Virus record (IMG/VR): IMGVR_UViG_3300017647_000007
Coordinates: 1 to 41,743 of that record
Direction: 5' to 3' (one strand)
DNA from: a virus
Lineage: Duplodnaviria > Caudoviricetes
DNA: 41,743 bases
Positions 1-8,089 of the stretch are shown in pieces. A model generated the notes under the pieces. It made no database searches and was not told where the DNA came from. It saw only the letters and a program-made list of their open reading frames with translations. Position 1 is the first letter of the stretch. Every line of letters starts with the position of its first letter. The position numbers were made by a program, and so were the translations under genes.

Positions 1-99
1 GAGGTGACACCGAGGACCGAGTCTTCAAACCGGTTGGGCACGTGTTGGGCATGACCCCAGGCCTGTAGCTAGAAAACTTGCTCTGACCTGCAAAAATGA

Positions 100-123
100 T
101 GGTGCGCGATACTGGGATTGAAC
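100..123. repeat. att core, integrase-proximal junction (duplicated tRNA-Val 3' end)
   Basis: 24-bp identity with 41621-41644; similarity extends over 81-123 vs 41602-41644 with 2 mismatches. Confidence 0.95.
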
Positions 124-246
124 TTGTACCAGTCTTACGTTTCGAGTAACCGTTCTGAAGTGCATCAACAGGCGTTCTACCTGCTGATGAGCGAAACAGT
201 ACCAGCGGACAGCAAAAGACACAAGAGTCCTTGTTCAGACTTGCTT

Positions 247-268
247 GTTGCATGAAAGTTGCATGAAA
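247..268 (+). promoter_or_regulatory. Putative integrase arm-type sites (GTTGCATGAAA x2)
   Basis: Perfect 11-bp tandem repeat; related pair GTTGCATGGA/CTTGCATGGA at 41555-41575 beside the other att. Confidence 0.75.
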
Positions 269-276
269 CTGGGGGC

Positions 277-1416
277 ATGCCACCCCGCAGGAAGTTCGGT
301 CGCATCCGCAAGTGTCAGCCGTCCGGTCGGTTCCAAGCCTCCTACACGGGACCAGACGGGCGGCTGTACAAAGCAGAGCGGACGTTCGCCGCCCGTGAAG
401 ACGCTGAGGGCTGGCTACATGAGCGGCGCAGGGAGATAGATCGGGAACTGTGGTCATCACCCGCGACCGAGGAACAGAAGAGGACGGCCCAGCGGAAGAG
501 AGCGGGGGAGGAGCTATTCGCGCCGTATGCGCGCCGCTGGCTGGAGAGCCGCACCGTCAAGGGCCGACCACTCAAGCCGCGCACCACGGCGCACTATCGA
601 AGTCTGCTGGACGACTATCTGATTCCGGCGTTCGGCTCAAAACAGGTACGCGATATCACGATGGAATCCGTTGACCGCTGGTACGCGCGGACGCTCAAGG
701 ACGCGCCGACCATGCGGGCTCACGCTTACTCACTGCTGAGAACGATCCTCGAAACGGCCCGCACCCGTGACCGAATCATCGAGTCAAACCCGTGCCTGGT
801 GCGCGGTGGCGGGTCGGCCCCCCGGAAGATCAAGCCTCAGCCGGCAACCCTGGAACAGCTCGCAACGGCCACGAACGCGATGCCCGAGAGGCTGCGGTTG
901 ATGGTGCCGCTTGCGGCCTTCTGCGCGCTCAGGTTTGGGGAGTTGATCGAGCTGCGCCGCAGCGACATTGACGCCAAGGAAGGCGTGATCCGAATTCGCC
1001 GCGCAGCCGTCAGGGTTGATGGGAACTTCGTGGTTGGCGATCCGAAGTCTGAGGCAGGCGCGCGTGACGTCGCCATCCCGCCGCATCTGATGCCGATGGT
1101 TGAGAACCACCTCAAGGCGCTGCGCCGTGACGACCTGCTGTTTCCGGCCGCGAGTGGCGGGCATATGCAGCCCTCGACGCTATACCGGCATTGGTACCGG
1201 GCACGCGCGGCCGCTGGTCGGGAGGACTTGCGCTGGCACGACCTACGTCACAGCGGCGCGGTTATGGCCGCGCAGACCGGGGCCACCCTCGCCGAACTAA
1301 TGGCGCGCCTTGGGCATTCGACCCCGCAGGCCGCGATGCACTACCAGCACGCAGCCCAGGGGAGGGACAAGCAGATCGCAGAGGCACTGTCGGCGATGGC
1401 TGAAGACGTTTTGTGA
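277..1416 (+). CDS. int: Tyrosine integrase, L5-like
   Basis: N-terminal RRKFGRIR..SGRFQASY arm-binding domain; catalytic LRFGEL, HDLRH, LGHS..A.HY; ATG at 277 preferred over TTG at 259, which lies inside the arm repeats. Confidence 0.96.
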   Translation: MPPRRKFGRIRKCQPSGRFQASYTGPDGRLYKAERTFAAREDAEGWLHERRREIDRELWSSPATEEQKRTAQRKRAGEELFAPYARRWLESRTVKGRPLKPRTTAHYRSLLDDYLIPAFGSKQVRDITMESVDRWYARTLKDAPTMRAHAYSLLRTILETARTRDRIIESNPCLVRGGGSAPRKIKPQPATLEQLATATNAMPERLRLMVPLAAFCALRFGELIELRRSDIDAKEGVIRIRRAAVRVDGNFVVGDPKSEAGARDVAIPPHLMPMVENHLKALRRDDLLFPAASGGHMQPSTLYRHWYRARAAAGREDLRWHDLRHSGAVMAAQTGATLAELMARLGHSTPQAAMHYQHAAQGRDKQIAEALSAMAEDVL

Positions 1417-1645
1417 CCAACGGCATAAGGATTTTTCAGACGACGCCGGTCATCGGGGCAAACATCGAATAGCAGCCCGAAAGGTTAACACCGGGCTTGC
1501 CGTGTCGGGGAGAGTTCGCCCGAGAGTGTCGGTGATTTTTGCTCTCATGGACATCGCGGGCCACGAGGTAGCGGGACGGCCATCCCGATGCCACACCGTG
1601 GCCCGCGAGCCGATCACAACAACCCGCAGAGGAGTTGCCTTGTCC

Positions 1646-1804
1646 ATGCTAACCGCCGAAGAGGTTGCCGCCGAGCTTGGCGTCTCGATCCGAACCGTCC
1701 GCCGATACGCTGCCCGGGGGATTCTCCCCGGCCGCAGGATCGGCCCCCGACTCATCCGCTTCCGTCGTGAAGACGTTGAGGCCCTGAAGGGCGGCACGCT
1801 GTGA
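1646..1804 (+). CDS. xis: Excisionase / MerR-like HTH (recombination directionality factor)
   Basis: MLTAEEVAAELGVSIRTVRRY..G.LPGRRIGPRLIRFRREDVE; GGAG RBS upstream; C-terminal part of the 1310..1804 ORF. Confidence 0.88.
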   Translation: MLTAEEVAAELGVSIRTVRRYAARGILPGRRIGPRLIRFRREDVEALKGGTL

Positions 1805-2223
1805 AGGGCGCGATTGCATACCAGTCCTACGAAGAGCTCCGCGAGCGGGGATTCTCCAAGGGGGAGGTTGACCGCGCGGTCAAGGGCCTACTTCGGGAAC
1901 ATCAGCTCCCCGTGGGAAGCGCACTCGAGAATCGGGTGACGCTACTGCTCCACAAGTTCGGCGCACTGCCCGAGTGCGAACCTCAATACCGCGTCGGCAG
2001 GTACCGACTCGATTACGCATGGCCCCGCACGCGGGTGTGCCTCGAAGTCGATGGCCCGCACCATTGGCAACCTGATACCGCTGTCCGTGACCGTATGCGC
2101 GACTCGGAGTTGCGCGCGGCCGGATGGCTCACGCTTTGGGTTGACGACCAGGCCGACAACCTTGCGGAGCAAGTCGTCACGGCATTGCAGGTGATTCGCG
2201 CCGCCGAGGAGTGGCGCCGCTGA
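1801..2223 (+). CDS. DUF559/Vsr-like PD-(D/E)XK endonuclease
   Basis: PQYRVGRYRLDYAWP..VCLEVDGPHH..RDRMRD..L.AAGW; GTGA overlap with xis. Confidence 0.82.
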   Translation: MKGAIAYQSYEELRERGFSKGEVDRAVKGLLREHQLPVGSALENRVTLLLHKFGALPECEPQYRVGRYRLDYAWPRTRVCLEVDGPHHWQPDTAVRDRMRDSELRAAGWLTLWVDDQADNLAEQVVTALQVIRAAEEWRR

Positions 2224-2311
2224 CCGCCTAGAAGTCGGCTTCCGTTAACCTGCCGTTCACGATGAAGCATGGCATTATAGCGGAACACCCCTCAATATGA
2301 GACATCTTTAG

Positions 2312-2327
2312 TGTGATCTCCCTCACG
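2312..2327. promoter_or_regulatory. CRP-family binding site candidate
   Basis: TGTGA-TCTCCC-TCACG, 9/10 match to TGTGA-N6-TCACA, in a long non-coding region. Confidence 0.5.
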
Positions 2328-2785
2328 TTGGTTTTCCCAAGCATGCAGGTAGAGACGTTTCGGGCTCCGTAAGTCCAGTAATGGTCCACACTCTGGGCCA
2401 GAAATCGCCCTCCCGGAGACTCTTGACAGCCGTCAAGAAGCTATTTCCGCAGGTCGGTATTCAACTCCGTATGGAACACATTCGGACCACTATAAAACGG
2501 TGGGACCGGGCGCCTTTATCAATTACTCGCATTTATGCAGGTTAAAGGGTGTTTTCCCAATCGAAGTTGCAATCGCTCCCCCACAGCGTAAGGGGGGAGA
2601 CATTTTCTTCGACCTGCCGATAGTGGGGGAGTAGTAATAATTTCTACGTCACAGCGTCGGGATAACCGCAGATCAAATCGCCGACCCCCAATTCTCCATA
2701 GTATGGAGAGGATTGTAGCGCTACCAACTGAATATACGCCACCTCTCGGGCGATAAGGCGAGGGGAGGAAGAGGCTTGGAAGCCA

Positions 2786-3376
2786 GTGGAAAGGACGCCG
2801 GATGATCCGGCAGAAGACAAAGAAATGCCTCTGCGCTATGGCAGGGACGAGAAGCTCGAGGCTGACGCCGACGAACTCCTCGGCGAGAAGTCGAGGAGGT
2901 CGGACGACCGACTCACAGAGAAACTCCTATTCGAGGCCGGAATGATCTCAGAAGACGATCTGACGGTCTTTGATCCCGCCGACGACTGGAATACCCAGTG
3001 GAGCGCCTACACGCTTTATATGGAGTCCATAGACGGCATTACCCCGTCATTGTGCGGGGAAGGGGATGGGAATGTCCGGGCTCGCGCCCGCGAGGACCCG
3101 TCGCTCCCTCCGGGGAAGTGGGGAGTGATCGGAATTGAGGCCCGCAAAAAGCTGACGCGGCGCACTGACGACGAAATGGACTGGGGTTCGACGCACGAAG
3201 ATATCCCACTCCTCGGCTCGCCCGGTGAGCGTAAGACTTGCGCCTTATGCCAGAGGTCGAAACGACTCGAACAGTTCTCTCTTGACGCCCGAGGAAAGCG
3301 CGGTGTCGATAACTGGTGCAGGATGTGCCGCCGCGAACGCATGAGAGAACGCAGACGAAAGAACAGAGAGCAATGA
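2786..3376 (+). CDS. Hypothetical protein with C-terminal CxxC..CxxC zinc ribbon and basic tail
   Basis: KTCALCQRSKRLEQF..WCRMCRRERMRERRR; acidic N-terminus; start uncertain. Confidence 0.7.
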   Translation: MERTPDDPAEDKEMPLRYGRDEKLEADADELLGEKSRRSDDRLTEKLLFEAGMISEDDLTVFDPADDWNTQWSAYTLYMESIDGITPSLCGEGDGNVRARAREDPSLPPGKWGVIGIEARKKLTRRTDDEMDWGSTHEDIPLLGSPGERKTCALCQRSKRLEQFSLDARGKRGVDNWCRMCRRERMRERRRKNREQ

Positions 3377-3379
3377 ACC

Positions 3380-3523
3380 ATGGGTAAACCCACACCGATC
3401 CTACTGAGTCGCCGCCCCGGTGGTGGCGTGCTCATTTGTCAGGGGCGCAGCTACGTCCAGATGAGCCGCGAAGAAGCGGAGCAATTACTGGACGATCTCG
3501 ACCACCTACTCGACAACGAATAG
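3380..3523 (+). CDS. Small hypothetical protein (47 aa)
   Basis: Own translation MGKPTPILLSRRPGGGVLICQGRSYVQMSREEAEQLLDDLDHLLDNE; fills the gap in the operon. Confidence 0.6.
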   Translation: MGKPTPILLSRRPGGGVLICQGRSYVQMSREEAEQLLDDLDHLLDNE

Positions 3524-3537
3524 ACCGATAGAACGGA

Positions 3538-3846
3538 ATGGAAATGACATTGGAAAAGATCATGGAGCAACTTTTGCGCCCGATTGAGCAAGTCAAGGTG
3601 GACATCGTCGCCGGGCTGGCCCGTGGGATACGGGAGCAGGTCCAGTGCGATTCCCTTGAGTATGCGCTCTACGAGGATGTGGTGCCCCACAGCTTCGCGC
3701 AAGCCATTGACGAACTTGTCGAGGCGGGAATTGTCAACCACTACGGATACGCCTCCTCCGGCTGCCGCATCTACGACCTCAGCGAGGACGTGGAGAGGGC
3801 GATGGACGAGGCGGTCCAGGATGCCGCTAAGGGGGTGCTGGCATGA
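3538..3846 (+). CDS. Hypothetical protein (possible winged helix)
   Basis: 102-aa ORF in operon; AIDELVEAGIV helix. Confidence 0.65.
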   Translation: MEMTLEKIMEQLLRPIEQVKVDIVAGLARGIREQVQCDSLEYALYEDVVPHSFAQAIDELVEAGIVNHYGYASSGCRIYDLSEDVERAMDEAVQDAAKGVLA

Positions 3847-3992
3847 GCGAGATGAAGACCGACTTTTCGACCTTGCCGCTCGATGTCATGCAATACATAG
3901 TGCGGCTCCGCAAGGAGGCCGCGCACTATCGCCTTCAGCGTGACGGTGCACGAAAAGAAGCTGAGGAACTCCGCGCCCAATTGGGCAAATAA
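3843..3992 (+). CDS. Small coiled-coil protein (49 aa)
   Basis: ATGA overlap; MSEMKTDFSTLPLDVMQYIVRLRKEAAHYRLQRDGARKEAEELRAQLGK. Confidence 0.65.
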   Translation: MSEMKTDFSTLPLDVMQYIVRLRKEAAHYRLQRDGARKEAEELRAQLGK

Positions 3993-4042
3993 CCCGATGC
4001 GCTCACCCCAGGAGGGAGGCGCTCAATCCACGAAGGAAAACA

Positions 4043-5044
4043 ATGGCCAAGCCACCACCATTCTTTATCCAGTTGCTGAACGCCCTGGATGGATCTGACC
4101 TATCGGTCAATGCGCGAGCCGTACTGGTTGCCCAGTTCAAGTTCGCCACCCATGCCACGGGGCGCGACTCCCGTCCCAGTGAGGCGCGGTTGATGGAGTT
4201 CCTCGGGCCAGATATGAGTCAGTCCAGGTTGCGGCGCGCCCGCAAGGAACTCCGAGACAAGGGCTGGCTGATCGAGCGCAAGCGGGGCCACAACGGCAAG
4301 ACGGAGGACAGCGCGTCGATGTACGACGTCGTCATCCCGCCAGCACGCGTTCCGGCGCGCCCCAAGCCAAAGCGCGCCACGAACAACCCCGGCGGCTACA
4401 ACGGCCGGAAGAAGAAGTTTGAGGTCACCGGTGACCTGAAGCTTGAGGTCAAATCATCCTCTTTCCCCAGCAAGTTTGAGGTCACCGGTGACCACCTACC
4501 AGGGGAACCATTACGAGGGTCTAAAGACCACTCGTTAATGAATGAGGAACAGGAACTGGTCAGCACCGAGGAGTCTCCTCGGGTGCCTGGTCTCTCTTCC
4601 GGATCGGCTGACGCCGACCGGGAGGGGGCTGGGGATTCTGTGGCTGGCGTCAAGAGAATGGCCCGCCATCTTCTCGTTGGTTGCGACGCTTGCAGAAAGA
4701 CGCTGGATAGCGAGTGCCGCGTGACCGCCGATAACCGTTGGTTCTGCATAGGTTGCTGGTCGGACCCTTTCGGTAGCGACCAGATTTTCAGGATCGAGGT
4801 TGTTGACGTCCTGGTGAGCGAACCGGCCGTAAAGGGCGATCCATGGGCTGGTAATCCCGAGGAAGTGCCCGGTGACCCTGTGGTCGGCCAAGAGCAGAGT
4901 TCCGCCCGCCGCTCGCCCGACGGTCTCGTTGACGACGACTATCTGAGCGCGGTGATGTCCGAGAACGTAGAGATCTGCGACATCCCAGAGTCGGACGCAT
5001 GGGAGTCCTACGAGGCCCCAGAGGACCCATGGGTGGCCGCCTAG
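4043..5044 (+). CDS. Putative replication initiator (N-terminal winged HTH)
   Basis: LSVNARAVL..SRPSEARL..RRARKELRDKGWL..Y pattern of phage initiators; internal DNA repeats; AAGGA RBS; two CxxC motifs in the C-terminal half. Confidence 0.7.
   Translation: MAKPPPFFIQLLNALDGSDLSVNARAVLVAQFKFATHATGRDSRPSEARLMEFLGPDMSQSRLRRARKELRDKGWLIERKRGHNGKTEDSASMYDVVIPPARVPARPKPKRATNNPGGYNGRKKKFEVTGDLKLEVKSSSFPSKFEVTGDHLPGEPLRGSKDHSLMNEEQELVSTEESPRVPGLSSGSADADREGAGDSVAGVKRMARHLLVGCDACRKTLDSECRVTADNRWFCIGCWSDPFGSDQIFRIEVVDVLVSEPAVKGDPWAGNPEEVPGDPVVGQEQSSARRSPDGLVDDDYLSAVMSENVEICDIPESDAWESYEAPEDPWVAA
4415..4493. repeat. Iteron-like repeats, candidate replication origin
   Basis: AAGTTTGAGGTCACCGGTGACC at 4415-4436 and 4472-4493, with a partial copy at 4439-4451. 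Confidence 0.6.
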
Positions 5045-5120
5045 CCAACTACCCGCCAAACGCATAAACGTCGCCCTGGGCCCCTTATGCGGGCCCGGGA
5101 ATGCGGCACCTAATCCAACC

Positions 5121-5150
5121 AACCCCGAGGGAAATTCCCCGGGGTTTTTT
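5121..5150 (+). terminator. Intrinsic terminator ending the early operon
   Basis: AACCCCG..CGGGGTT stem followed by a T run. Confidence 0.8.
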
Positions 5151-5185
5151 CATGCCAATTTTCAGAAAGGACACGAGACAGGAAA

Positions 5186-5578
5186 ATGGCAATTACTTAC
5201 TTCCCCGTGGTTGGGGAAATCATCGCGGTTATCGCAGACCGCTCGAATGACGATGACGGCACACCTACCGAGCAGCCCGTCAGCTCGCTCGTGACCTTCA
5301 CCCCGAGCGTCAAAGAGGTCCGCTTCGAGGGCCAGATCGTTCGGCTCAGGCCGATCACCGCCCGCACCGAAGAGGACGGCGTCCTCAAGACCATCGACGG
5401 CAACCAGGTCGAACTGGCTGCCAACTGCTTCGGCCTGGACGAGTTGAGCTACTTGGTCGAGTTCAGCAAGGCCACGATCGACGGCGAGCGCGACCAGCGG
5501 ATCGACCCCTTCCGCTTCTTGGCCCCGGAGGACGACACCGAGATCGACCTCGCCACGGTCGAGCGGAGGGCCATCTGA
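5186..5578 (+). CDS. Putative virion accessory protein (resembles N-terminal domains of mycobacteriophage minor tail proteins)
   Basis: VTFTP..PITAR..DGVL..VELAAN..YLVEF..F.APEDDTEIDLA beta-rich acidic pattern; AGGA RBS. Confidence 0.55.
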   Translation: MAITYFPVVGEIIAVIADRSNDDDGTPTEQPVSSLVTFTPSVKEVRFEGQIVRLRPITARTEEDGVLKTIDGNQVELAANCFGLDELSYLVEFSKATIDGERDQRIDPFRFLAPEDDTEIDLATVERRAI

Positions 5579-6051
5579 TGAAGACGGCAATGACGATCCG
5601 CGAACGCTTGCTCTCCAACATCAAGGAAGAGGCTCACCCGCGCCTGCCCGACCCTTGCTGGGTTTGGACCCTGTCGCTCAACAGCTACGGATATGGACAG
5701 GCCTTCTGGGGTGGTAAGAACATCGCCGCCCACATCCGGTCCTACCGGGAGTTCGTCGGCGAGATTCCCCAGGGGATGCAGGTGGATCACCTGTGCCATC
5801 GACGCGACTGCATCAACCCGGCGCACTTGCGGGCTGCCAGCCGCGCTGTCAACGCTGCAAACCGCAAGGGCCCGACCCGCTCCAATAAGCTCGGCGTCCG
5901 CGGCGTCCATGAGACACCTGAAGGCACCTTCAGGGCTCAGGTATGGGCCGGAGGGCGCAAGGTGTTCCAGCGCAGCTTCAAGACCATCGCAGAGGCCGAG
6001 GCCGCGGTGATCGAGGCGAGGCGCATCCACCTCCCCGGGAGCGTGCTGTAG
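5578..6051 (+). CDS. HNH homing endonuclease with AP2-like C-terminal domain
   Basis: CWVWT..GYG..AAHIRSY..VDHLC..CINPAHLR..N; then GVRGVH..FRAQV..FKTIAEAEAA. Confidence 0.88.
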   Translation: MKTAMTIRERLLSNIKEEAHPRLPDPCWVWTLSLNSYGYGQAFWGGKNIAAHIRSYREFVGEIPQGMQVDHLCHRRDCINPAHLRAASRAVNAANRKGPTRSNKLGVRGVHETPEGTFRAQVWAGGRKVFQRSFKTIAEAEAAVIEARRIHLPGSVL

Positions 6052-6351
6052 ATGGTGTGGGAGCGCGGAAGAGAGTCCAGCAAGATCCCGGCGCGAGTGA
6101 AAGCCTTCGTTCGGGCGCGGGACAAGGTATGCCAACTCGGTTATCCAGATATTTGTACGGGCTCCATAGATGAGATTGACCATATCGTCGGGATTGCGGA
6201 GCTACGCGTGGAGCGTAAGCATGCGAATGACGCGAGCAACTTAAGAGGGGTATGCGTTCCATGCCATAAACGGCGTACCCAAGAGCAAAGTATGGCCGGC
6301 CGAAGGAAGCACCTACGCCCGCCGCCCCCGCCACCTGGATTGGCGAAATGA
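6052..6351 (+). CDS. Small HNH endonuclease (packaging-associated type)
   Basis: VRARDKVCQL..C..EIDHIV..NLRGVCVPCHKRRT with Pro-rich tail. Confidence 0.88.
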   Translation: MVWERGRESSKIPARVKAFVRARDKVCQLGYPDICTGSIDEIDHIVGIAELRVERKHANDASNLRGVCVPCHKRRTQEQSMAGRRKHLRPPPPPPGLAK

Positions 6352-6449
6352 AGAGCGACTTTGTCGGCCAGTCGGTTCCGACGAATTTATGCCATTGCCA
6401 GCAGTGGGACTGCGAAGCCTGCACCTGGTGGCTAGACGACGAGGATTAG
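6348..6449 (+). CDS. Tiny Cys-rich protein (33 aa)
   Basis: ATGA overlap, and its stop abuts the next start; MKSDFVGQSVPTNLCHCQQWDCEACTWWLDDED. Confidence 0.45.
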   Translation: MKSDFVGQSVPTNLCHCQQWDCEACTWWLDDED

Positions 6450-6740
6450 ATGTTCACCAAAGAATTGACGGTAACCACCCCGATCACCCCGGACATGTCC
6501 GAGCAGAAGATCGAAGAACTGCGGTGGTACACCCGTGAGAGTTTCGAGAAGCGTGCAGCCGATCTTGGTTTGACGCTGATCGACTATCGAGAGATCGACG
6601 TTCCCGCGAAGGAGCTTCCACCAAAAACTGTTGGACTGTTCCCCGAAAAAACTCGGTGGATCCGCTTCGTGGGCGTCGGTCGCTACTCGCCTGAAGTCGA
6701 GGCGATCTTGGAACAACGGCAGGGAATCGTCAACGAATGA
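6450..6740 (+). CDS. Hypothetical protein
   Basis: 96-aa ORF, GAGG RBS, ATGA-coupled to the first glycosyltransferase. Confidence 0.7.
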   Translation: MFTKELTVTTPITPDMSEQKIEELRWYTRESFEKRAADLGLTLIDYREIDVPAKELPPKTVGLFPEKTRWIRFVGVGRYSPEVEAILEQRQGIVNE

Positions 6741-7366
6741 TCGCCATCGGCATTGTTGCCCACCCGGCACGGGAGGCAATGGCCGAGAAGCTCGCACAGG
6801 CGGTGGACGCAGACATCGTGATGGTGGACGGCGCTGGTATGGGCTGTACCCCGAACCACATTGCGACATGGCGCGCTACCGCCGAGAGGGGACAGGGGTG
6901 GACCCTCATTCTCGAGGATGACGCCATCCCCGTCCACGGGTTCCGGGAGCAGCTGAGCCTGGCACTGGCGGCTGCCCCGGACCCGGTCGCATCCATGTAC
7001 CTCGGCCGGAGGATGCCCCCTCAGTTCCAGGCACGTATCGGTGCTGCGGTCCAGCTGGCGGAAAGACAGAGCGCCTGCTGGATTCGCTCCGTGGAAGGTC
7101 TTCATGCCGTGGCACTCTGCATGAAGACTGACCTCGTAGAGGACTTCCTGGCCCGCCGCCACCCGCAGCTCCCCATCGACCAAGCCGTTGGGCGATGGGC
7201 CCGGGGCCGAGGACTTCAAATCAGTTACTCGGTTCCTTCCATCGTCCAACATGCCGACCCGCCCACCCTGGTGAGCCACCCAGACGGAATCCCCCGCAGA
7301 CCGGGCCGCGTGGCCTGGCGCTTGGGGACACGAGACGAATGGACGAGCGACTACGTCCAACTGTAA
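6737..7366 (+). CDS. Glycosyltransferase (GT-A, GT25-like)
   Basis: IGIVAHPAR start; NH..W; LILEDDAIP metal-binding motif; PID; PSIVQH. Confidence 0.85.
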   Translation: MIAIGIVAHPAREAMAEKLAQAVDADIVMVDGAGMGCTPNHIATWRATAERGQGWTLILEDDAIPVHGFREQLSLALAAAPDPVASMYLGRRMPPQFQARIGAAVQLAERQSACWIRSVEGLHAVALCMKTDLVEDFLARRHPQLPIDQAVGRWARGRGLQISYSVPSIVQHADPPTLVSHPDGIPRRPGRVAWRLGTRDEWTSDYVQL

Positions 7367-7375
7367 GGACATGAA

Positions 7376-8089
7376 ATGATCGGAGTGGCCATCTCCACCC
7401 GCAACCGCAGGGACACCCTGTTGGAAGCACTCAAACATTGGACCCAACACCTCCCCGAGGGTGCGGCTCTCGTCGTGGTCGATGACCACAGCGAGCAGCC
7501 CTTCACCTCCGACGGGGTCACGGTCATCCGGCACGAAGCCCGCAGGGGCATTGCCGCCACCAAGAATTCGGGTATCGCCGCCCTGATGGATCGCGGCGTC
7601 GAGCACCTGTTTCTGGCTGACGACGACACCTGGCCGATCACCGGCGACTGGTGGCGGCCGTACGTTGAGAGCGACGAGAAATACTTCACCTATTGCTGGA
7701 CCCATTTTGCCAAGGACGGCGCGCCGGTCCCCAAGATGAAGAGCGTTTACCGGGATTCCAAGCTCGTCGCCTACCAGTGGAGCATGGGGTGCCTCCAGTA
7801 CGTGCACCGCGACGTCATCAACACGGTCGGCGGAGTCAACCCCGCTTTCGGGCTGGCGTTCGAAGAACATGCCGAGTGGGCCAACCGTATTCACAACGCC
7901 GGGTTCACCTCGTTCATACACCAGGACCACCCCGACATGAAGGGGCGGATCTACGCCGGGGATGAGCACTACGCCGTCCAGCGGTCCTTCGCCATGCAGT
8001 CGAGGAGCTGGAAGCAACGCCTGATTGATAAGAACACCGCTTTGCGGGAGAGCCTGAAGGATTCCACCCAGTTTGTCGAATACCGCTAA
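7376..8089 (+). CDS. Glycosyltransferase family 2
   Basis: IGVAISTRNR, VVVDDHS, GIAATKNSGI, LFLADDD, EEHAEWANRI. Confidence 0.9.
   Translation: MIGVAISTRNRRDTLLEALKHWTQHLPEGAALVVVDDHSEQPFTSDGVTVIRHEARRGIAATKNSGIAALMDRGVEHLFLADDDTWPITGDWWRPYVESDEKYFTYCWTHFAKDGAPVPKMKSVYRDSKLVAYQWSMGCLQYVHRDVINTVGGVNPAFGLAFEEHAEWANRIHNAGFTSFIHQDHPDMKGRIYAGDEHYAVQRSFAMQSRSWKQRLIDKNTALRESLKDSTQFVEYR

Noticed and set aside
100-123. Second tRNA gene at the left end
   Set aside because: Only the 3' 24 nt are present; it is the att duplication
1310-1645. 164-aa version of the xis ORF
   Set aside because: The N-terminal extension overlaps int and has no recognisable features; the RBS and HTH start at 1646
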